Virus record (IMG/VR): IMGVR_UViG_3300008259_003761
Length of the DNA stretch: 64,000 bases
Source of the DNA: an uncultured virus (IMG/VR IMGVR_UViG_3300008259_003761)
Taxonomy: Duplodnaviria > Heunggongvirae > Uroviricota > Caudoviricetes
Reading direction: 5' to 3' (one strand)
The translations under genes and the position numbers were made by a program. Shown piece after piece: positions 61,201-64,000 of the stretch. The notes under the pieces are model-generated. The model was not told the DNA's origin. It did no database searches and was given only the letters and a program-made list of their open reading frames with translations. Within the stretch, counting starts at the first letter, position 1. Every line of letters starts with the position of its first letter.

Positions 61201-64000
61201 ACCTGGTACATTCCATATAGCAACTGGTTCTATGGTTGGTAGAAATATTACACCTGGTAATGTTTACTTTGATAATTTATACACACAATCTTTAATAGTA
61301 AGCGCTTCAACAAATATGACTGATTTGAGCGCTAGTATAGAATTACCTTTAGAGATTCAACCATATTACACATCATCAGTTTATACTGCAAGTGTTTTTC
61401 AAAATGTAACAAAAGTATTAGATGGTGCACCTCCTATTGAAATCATATTATCTCCATTATCAGTTAACTTAACATCGGATGAAGTTGGAAATATTTCCGA
61501 TTACTCAAATGCGGTAACAACTTTAAAAGTTAGAGAAGGTGATGATTATTTAACATATACAACTTCATCAACAATACCTGGTAGTTGGAGAGTACAATAT
61601 ATTAGTGGAAGTAATATTCAAACGGCATCACTACAATCTTTAATAACATCATCAACCGATACGGCTGTTGTTAATTTCACAGCATTTGAATATCCACATG
61701 TATCGGCTAGTGCTTTATACAATATTAGAGTATATCCATACGCATTAGGAAAGGGTCATACATACACATCATCGTTGTATGAAAGAACTCAATTCTTTAC
61801 TAAGAATGTTGCACAAAGTGCAGCAAGAACTGTAACATTAACATCTACTTCGGAAGTTGTAAACTTTGATGGGGATGGTGTAGTTGTATCTCCTGAAGGT
61901 GATATTACATTAACGGCAATTGCATTTAATACTACCGGTTCTGCTTTCTATGAGTTTTACAAAGATTCGGTTCAGTATTCACCTATACAATCATCAAACA
62001 CTTTTACAATTTCTTCTGGTGATGCTACCTCTCCGGGTCAAACGGCTACTTGGAGAGTTGATGTTAGGGATGGTAGTAACTTAGTAACAGCGCCAGTTAG
62101 AGCACAAGCTCAAATTACAATTAGTGGTATAAAAGCTGGGGCTGGAGCATATGCAGCAAACGTAACAAATGAAGTAGCATCTTTAGTTGGTGATGTTTGG
62201 GAATTAAACACAACGGGTAGTAATACACAAATAGTTGCTATAAAGGGTGCTGAGCAATTAACGCACGTTAACTCATTTAGCCCACCAACTTTAGATTTAA
62301 ATGGTGACCCAATAGGTTCATTAGGAGAATATCAAGTTACAATCCAATCAAAACCAGCGTATATAACATTACCTGGTGGATTGGCTAGTGGAAGTATAGT
62401 TCCAACTGTTGGTGGAATTGCTACAATTGGAGATGTTGTTTCTTGGAATCAATGGGGTAATAATACAAATGCCGAAATTGTTTACAAAATTGATATGGAA
62501 GATGGTAGGCAAATTCTTTATAAAACCCAATCATTATCAATTCAATTTAACCCATACGGTCCATATTCTGGTCAATTATCAAATGAAAATTCTTCTATTG
62601 TTTATAGAGTAAGTGGTGAGGTTGAGTTAGAAAATACTTCAAATACTATAAGAGGTTTTAGAGGTGATACTGAATTAACAAATAGTTCATCTTTTGCAAA
62701 TCCACAAACTGATGCATTTGGAAATACTGGATATAAAAATCAATATAACGTTTCAATACATAATGTATCTGCGAATTTAGATTTAGCTGGTGCAATTGTT
62801 AGTGGAAGTTATTTAAGTGGAAATCCCGCTACAATAGGTCAATTAGATGGTTGGGGAAGTCCTGAAAGTATAGCAGTTGCTCAAATTGTATATAGAATAG
62901 ATTGTGAGGGTAGAGAGAATTTATATAAAACACAATCTTTATCAATTCAATACGAAGGTAATACGGGACCTGGTATTGTAATGAGAGGACTTTGGAATGA
63001 AGTTACTGATTACATTGGTTCAGTTGAAACAACAAATTATAGAAGGGATGCAATCATATTCCCAGACCCATCTGGTAGTAGTGGTGATACTCACTATTGG
63101 GCAGCCCTAAGTGGTTCTGGTCCATCTGGTGTGGGTTTTCAATTACCAACTTCACCAACTTCACCATCATATGTTGATACATCATATTGGCAGTATTTAG
63201 GTCAGCAAGATTTCTTTGTATCAGCTAAGATTGCTATTTTTGAAGAATCATTTGTTAAGAATACAATCAATGTTGGTAACAATCCGGGTTCAGCATTTGC
63301 AAACGTTGTAATTGCTGGTGGTAGAACTGACCCATATTTTGCAATCGGCCAAAGTGGAACTGTGGGTACAAGTGGTAACCAAACATCTGCTGGTGTAATT
63401 GGATATGATAGACCTGGTATATTCTTAGGAATGTATGAAGGTGGTGGTAGTGGTACTACCGGAAGATTTTCAATTAAATCTGCTGGTGGAACATCTGGTA
63501 CTAGAGGTTTATTATGGGATGGAAGTACGTTAACTATTATAGGTGCTATTAGACAAGTTGAACCGGGTGTACCTGAAGGTTCTTTTAGAGGTATATGGAA
63601 TGATGGTGAACAATATTATATAGATGATACGGTTATATTTGATAGTTCTACTTACATTTGTACGGTAAACCACACATCTACAAATGATTTGGATGTTAAT
63701 ACTGGAGAACCACCAACCGCAACAAATAGTTGGCTAATATCAGCGGCTTCGGGTACATCCGGAGTAAATGGTGCTCCTGGTGCAAATGGTACATCCGGTA
63801 CATCTGGTGCAGCTGGTAGTGTTGGGCCTGGTGTTGTATTTAGAGGTCCTTTCTCTACGGGAAGTGTTTATTATAAATCAACAACTAGAACTGATGTGGT
63901 ACAACAAGCAGCTGGTGGTAGTAACTATTGGTTAGCAACTAATGCAGCTTTAAACAATCAATCGGGTTCAAGTTGGGGAGTTCCATCACCATCATCATCA
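58208..64000 (+). CDS. giant tail fibre / baseplate-associated protein (>1900 aa, 3'-truncated)
   Basis: ATG at 58208 (MAIIKKYAEV...FTGGKNGFLIEGS) and the same frame reads sensibly at the window end. Ser/Thr-rich Ig-like repeats, RG.W carbohydrate-binding-like repeats, collagen-like GTSGVNGAPGANGTSGTSG. Preceded by ATACTTATA (58168). Confidence 0.8.
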   Translation, partial: MAIIKKYAEVLSQPLTSYTTFVNDDAPNSTYFRVTEFKDTFTGGKNGFLIEGSEHLKETTEIKIQILDVEGNPVYYEPGNGIPEYYEGNSKIIAVYVYETTPIGLGKITILGELKTYIDETGIVRDVPEDWAGVYNCKWERTFTINKLISNEDKVRFYKRPKVIINEIVKPIFSNIVTAVTQTGYVDGFAQTPSAGERLTGFTLPTNYLLQINNSATAWTGSVVGSTINLTNLNFSSVVDDVISNKDITITTPYTENGIVKDISNQPYSVTFNYVEGIDNLKTALTGSFAKITLRDLTTFVGDAARVKIFRKSQSDLADYQFIQEIQLESNEILVDLESTTKNLENYGVFDEVLYPNYWLTSSNNITTEFNQDVLYSSIKLDSLGANEFYTSKSLSLTTDAEYTLGFNVRLAQNISSDNYIKVYLSGSKQTTYNNVTSTIGVKKNIVSITSDNSVLQKSQLSSNFKAEEIDDARLYFEVKGNGWYVSDVSLRASQETSYSPDEITFIQPIPRTLPAETFTFLFQFYDINNNYIPVIVEESKTFDGGNLNPIQKSLELIPSSLYFQFDSGSGNGNPLPPTVISFDVVKSYLTGSVTFTSRSFDFFNNELSSSQYSTTVTPGYSWWQFPGLLSDINSNSPYLTVQNFTGSRDPQLEDIVVQFIEYTAQCEGVEDSVIITRVVDGKGGVNYEIRPYSGTVIRNSNPSSSLEVQAIRIDGVNEINLRSGLPAGRSVVQLHVQSGSTYITLQEASNKNFVKGLSAGLTGSGQLNYNAIFKRESIDTQRTLYLIPSGSANPSASILTTLTLTDLLDGIDAGVVLFDADTFTINPRLTNTFTPISSSATASFYKRGTTEGPISASIEVFPSMSVNSDFVPEYWMYYVTNSVNPEISVVAYDERGNVIPSTPINQYIGSPLTQSKQLLVNFTYTEEFTSASVSVDKLFTIVPEGKPGDESIVFEVTPSSVTLQANSRGIVTDYSSTITDVKLKQGSRYLIFTSSRQPGTFHIATGSMVGRNITPGNVYFDNLYTQSLIVSASTNMTDLSASIELPLEIQPYYTSSVYTASVFQNVTKVLDGAPPIEIILSPLSVNLTSDEVGNISDYSNAVTTLKVREGDDYLTYTTSSTIPGSWRVQYISGSNIQTASLQSLITSSTDTAVVNFTAFEYPHVSASALYNIRVYPYALGKGHTYTSSLYERTQFFTKNVAQSAARTVTLTSTSEVVNFDGDGVVVSPEGDITLTAIAFNTTGSAFYEFYKDSVQYSPIQSSNTFTISSGDATSPGQTATWRVDVRDGSNLVTAPVRAQAQITISGIKAGAGAYAANVTNEVASLVGDVWELNTTGSNTQIVAIKGAEQLTHVNSFSPPTLDLNGDPIGSLGEYQVTIQSKPAYITLPGGLASGSIVPTVGGIATIGDVVSWNQWGNNTNAEIVYKIDMEDGRQILYKTQSLSIQFNPYGPYSGQLSNENSSIVYRVSGEVELENTSNTIRGFRGDTELTNSSSFANPQTDAFGNTGYKNQYNVSIHNVSANLDLAGAIVSGSYLSGNPATIGQLDGWGSPESIAVAQIVYRIDCEGRENLYKTQSLSIQYEGNTGPGIVMRGLWNEVTDYIGSVETTNYRRDAIIFPDPSGSSGDTHYWAALSGSGPSGVGFQLPTSPTSPSYVDTSYWQYLGQQDFFVSAKIAIFEESFVKNTINVGNNPGSAFANVVIAGGRTDPYFAIGQSGTVGTSGNQTSAGVIGYDRPGIFLGMYEGGGSGTTGRFSIKSAGGTSGTRGLLWDGSTLTIIGAIRQVEPGVPEGSFRGIWNDGEQYYIDDTVIFDSSTYICTVNHTSTNDLDVNTGEPPTATNSWLISAASGTSGVNGAPGANGTSGTSGAAGSVGPGVVFRGPFSTGSVYYKSTTRTDVVQQAAGGSNYWLATNAALNNQSGSSWGVPSPSSS

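Noticed and set aside
1..64000. Alternative genetic code (TAG/TGA recoding)
   Set aside because: Long genes are intact in code 11, and TAG and TGA end genes at sensible positions (e.g. 57945, 50100).
1..64000. tRNA/rRNA genes, integrase, transposase
   Set aside because: None recognised by eye; intergenic gaps are short and mostly explained by promoters and terminators. A tRNAscan/Infernal run would be needed to exclude small RNAs.

Overview
AT-rich, gene-dense fragment of a large myovirus-like (probably jumbo) phage genome, read in the standard genetic code. Host-type TTTG-N20-TATATTTG promoters, T9SS cargo and TonB-dependent receptors point to a Bacteroidota host. Layout: 1-6.9 kb, minus-strand block with two TonB-dependent receptors, a CpcT/CpeT-like protein and a P-loop kinase. 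7.1-24.4 kb, replication, nucleotide and stress genes (SF2 helicase, dCMP deaminase, PhoH, 5'-nucleotidase, HD protein, Hsp20, UvsE, 2OG oxygenase, ThyA, IMPDH-like, degenerate peptide deformylase, gp55-like sigma factor, Dps-like protein). 24.5-32.9 kb, a compact operon of exported and membrane proteins: two CsgG-like proteins, a cohesin/dockerin protein with a T9SS signal, a Gly/Ser-rich beta-barrel protein and a C-type lectin ending in a dockerin. This operon is the best candidate for an undescribed system (phage-encoded host-surface scaffold). 35-53 kb, baseplate/tail module with CHAP and GH19 hydrolases. 53-58 kb, GIY-YIG protein, primase and an Mre11-Rad50 fusion. 58.2 kb to the end, a giant tail-fibre-like ORF. 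Several genes look interrupted by deletions, which may be local assembly errors. No tRNA, rRNA, CRISPR array, integrase or reverse transcriptase was seen. All family calls come from motif recognition by eye, not from database searches.
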